Positions 32,391-33,876 of a stretch of 33,876 bases of DNA are shown piece by piece. The DNA is from a virus. Positions within the stretch are counted from its first letter, which is position 1. Each line of letters opens with the position of its first letter. The position numbers were made by a program, and so were the translations under genes. The notes under the pieces are model-generated. The model had not been told where the DNA came from and did not search any database. It saw nothing but the letters and a program-made list of their open reading frames with translations. The stretch lies in IMG/VR virus record IMGVR_UViG_3300025112_000081, one strand, 5' to 3'.

Positions 32391-33350
32391 TTACGCTAGA
32401 AGGTCAGTGAATAGAGCACCGAAATCGGCGCCGGTTCTAACGAAATCATAGGAAGTAACCCCCACGATTCTGTCACTGAACTTGGTGTCTAACCGCATCT
32501 TTTGAATCTGAACACCGCCAGCGCTAACGCCTTCAAGCCCAGTCCATGCGAAAAGATAACCCGCTGAAGGCGTCATCAATCCAGGCGATGGAGCAACATA
32601 CCCCAACCACGCGGTATCAGCACCGACGAACGCCATGGAAGTAGTTCCACCTTCTGGCCCGCTATTCTTAATGGCAGAAGCTACAATTACCCGCTCAACA
32701 CCAAACAATGGAGCCAAGAGGTCTTCAGTAACAATGCCTCGCTGAGTGTAGCGAATCCTATCTAGGATATCGGTGTTCTTGTTGAGCGATGCGAATACAT
32801 CGCCACCGAGGACGAGCACATTTGGCCGCCGTCCAGTATTTTTCAAGATGGCGTCAGACTGAGCTTGAACATCAGCAATAGGCGTAGAGCTAACGGTGCT
32901 CCATTGAGTACCGACTGTGATATCGCTGCCCGTGCTGGAGCCAGTCCAAGAACTAGTTTCAAACACCATGCTAAAACAATCAATTTCACGCTTAAGGAGA
33001 ACGTTGTCTGTAACATATTCCGTGGCGCTTGTGTCGATGTTTAAAGCTTCGTCGGCATTACCACGCAACTGGTCGGCAACGTCCATATGAACGCCCACAA
33101 CGTCGCAATAGTAACTTGAATTGCTAAGGGTAAAGTTAGCCCCTCTGGTTTCAGCACCAGGAGCCAGCAAGCCAGCCTCGGAACGATGCCAAGCGGCTTT
33201 GTCGAAGGTAAAATATTTATCAGATTGTTTCTGAACAGGAACTACCGGGAAAATCTTCTCAGCCTTAAAGGCATCACGATCTTGTTGGTAATTGACGGAA
33301 ATACTAGTTAGTGCGGCGTCTAAATGCACCGCTGAACTTGCAATTGGCAT
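32391..33350 (-). CDS. Major capsid protein (HK97 fold, gpE-like family)
   Basis: 319 aa. The N-terminal ALTSISVNYQQDRDAFKAEKIFPVVPVQKQSDKYFTFDK pattern is typical of this capsid family. Preceded by scaffold and decoration genes. Confidence 0.75.
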   Translation of the reverse strand: MPIASSAVHLDAALTSISVNYQQDRDAFKAEKIFPVVPVQKQSDKYFTFDKAAWHRSEAGLLAPGAETRGANFTLSNSSYYCDVVGVHMDVADQLRGNADEALNIDTSATEYVTDNVLLKREIDCFSMVFETSSWTGSSTGSDITVGTQWSTVSSTPIADVQAQSDAILKNTGRRPNVLVLGGDVFASLNKNTDILDRIRYTQRGIVTEDLLAPLFGVERVIVASAIKNSGPEGGTTSMAFVGADTAWLGYVAPSPGLMTPSAGYLFAWTGLEGVSAGGVQIQKMRLDTKFSDRIVGVTSYDFVRTGADFGALFTDLLA

Positions 33351-33363
33351 TTTCTATTCTCCT

Positions 33364-33762
33364 TTAAGCCGCACGAGCGGGTGAAGCGCAATTGATTGCG
33401 GCTGAACCGATTTCACCAGCTCCAGCTGTAGCCGTGAGCATAGTGCCGCAAATATATTCGCTGGTATCAGTTCCTGGGATTTTCGCGTCAGCTTGGCCAT
33501 CGGCACTAGGGCCAATCAAGTTGCCTTCATTTAGTGCAGCGTCGCAATTGATTTTAGAGATTCCCATCACAAGAACGGTTGCAGCCTTGCCGCTTGCGTC
33601 CGGTGCGTTTTGTAAGACTCCAATGGGATGGTCAGTGGCAGCGTTACACGCTCCAACCTTCCCATTGGCATCCAGCTCAACGAAATAGTATTGTTTTGAG
33701 GATAGATCTGCATTCGCTTCAAGCGTAATTGTAACAGACTGCCCATTTGATTCATAAGCCAT
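33364..33762 (-). CDS. DUF2190-like head decoration / cement protein (132 aa)
   Basis: FVELDANGKVGACNAATDHPIGVLQNAPDASGKAATVLVMGISK fits the DUF2190 pattern; directly upstream of the MCP. Confidence 0.6.
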   Translation of the reverse strand: MAYESNGQSVTITLEANADLSSKQYYFVELDANGKVGACNAATDHPIGVLQNAPDASGKAATVLVMGISKINCDAALNEGNLIGPSADGQADAKIPGTDTSEYICGTMLTATAGAGEIGSAAINCASPARAA

Positions 33763-33765
33763 GGC

Positions 33766-33876
33766 TTATCGTCCTTTCTCTTGCTGATATTCGGCATAGA
33801 GGCTTGGGTTATTTTTCCAGACATTCGCCAAAGCTTTTGCTTTTGTGATGCCTTCTTTTTCTATTAGCGCGTCTGC
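33766..33876 (-). CDS. Scaffolding protein, C-terminal part (continuation of 827..1 across the circular join)
   Basis: ...ADALIEKEGITKAKALANVWKNNPSLYAEYQQEKGR-TAA (stop at 33768..33766). 827 + 82 unique nt = 909 nt = 302 aa plus stop. Confidence 0.75.
   Translation of the reverse strand, partial: ADALIEKEGITKAKALANVWKNNPSLYAEYQQEKGR
33848..33876. repeat. Terminal direct repeat (circular-assembly overlap), copy 2
   Basis: Identical to 1..29. Confidence 0.9.

Noticed and set aside
1-33876. Lysogeny module, tRNA genes, DNA polymerase
   Set aside because: No integrase or recombinase, no CI/Cro-like HTH pair, no cloverleaf-like sequence in intergenic regions, and no polymerase motifs were recognisable by eye. 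Absence cannot be proven without profile searches.

Overview
The window is a complete, circularly closed genome of about 33.85 kb from a tailed dsDNA phage. The 29 nt at 1..29 are identical to 33848..33876, and a scaffold gene reads in frame across that join. Tail genes are siphovirus-like: tube, G/GT chaperone, tape measure, no sheath. Two transcription arms diverge from a gene-free, repeat-rich region of about 0.93 kb (7381..8312). The minus arm runs 7314 -> 1, wraps, and continues 33876 -> 20316. It encodes one small protein, a ParB-domain/DNA methyltransferase fusion, TerS, TerL, a MuF-like protein, portal, an XkdF-like protease, scaffold, a DUF2190-like decoration protein and the major capsid protein. 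These are followed by connector and tail genes, two large fibre/tip proteins and two small membrane proteins that are holin candidates. The plus arm (8313..20121) encodes a D5/P4-type primase-helicase, a Cas4-like PD-(D/E)XK exonuclease, RecT and a VRR-NUC nuclease. It also carries many small orphan proteins (membrane, acidic, Cys-rich), an RHH protein, a metallophosphoesterase, two lipoproteins and an M15 peptidase endolysin. I saw no integrase, repressor, DNA polymerase, tRNA or CRISPR array. The main non-obvious signals are: (1) a conserved start-associated leader motif (ACTCAACC + AAAGGA) in front of nine early/middle genes; (2) an iteron array (9-mer x5 tandem, inverted pairs, two perfect 26-nt repeats) next to an AT-rich tract; (3) a three-arm G5C/GC5 terminator/alternative-pairing element at the entrance to the late operon; (4) a textbook C2H2 zinc finger protein inside the capsid module; (5) a degenerate UDG-like domain fused to the prohead protease; (6) a canonical A_AAA_AAC -1 frameshift joining the tail chaperone to a Cys-rich extension; (7) a C1q/TNF-like C-terminal head on the tail tip protein. 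All functional calls rest on motif recognition by eye and on gene order. No database search was run.
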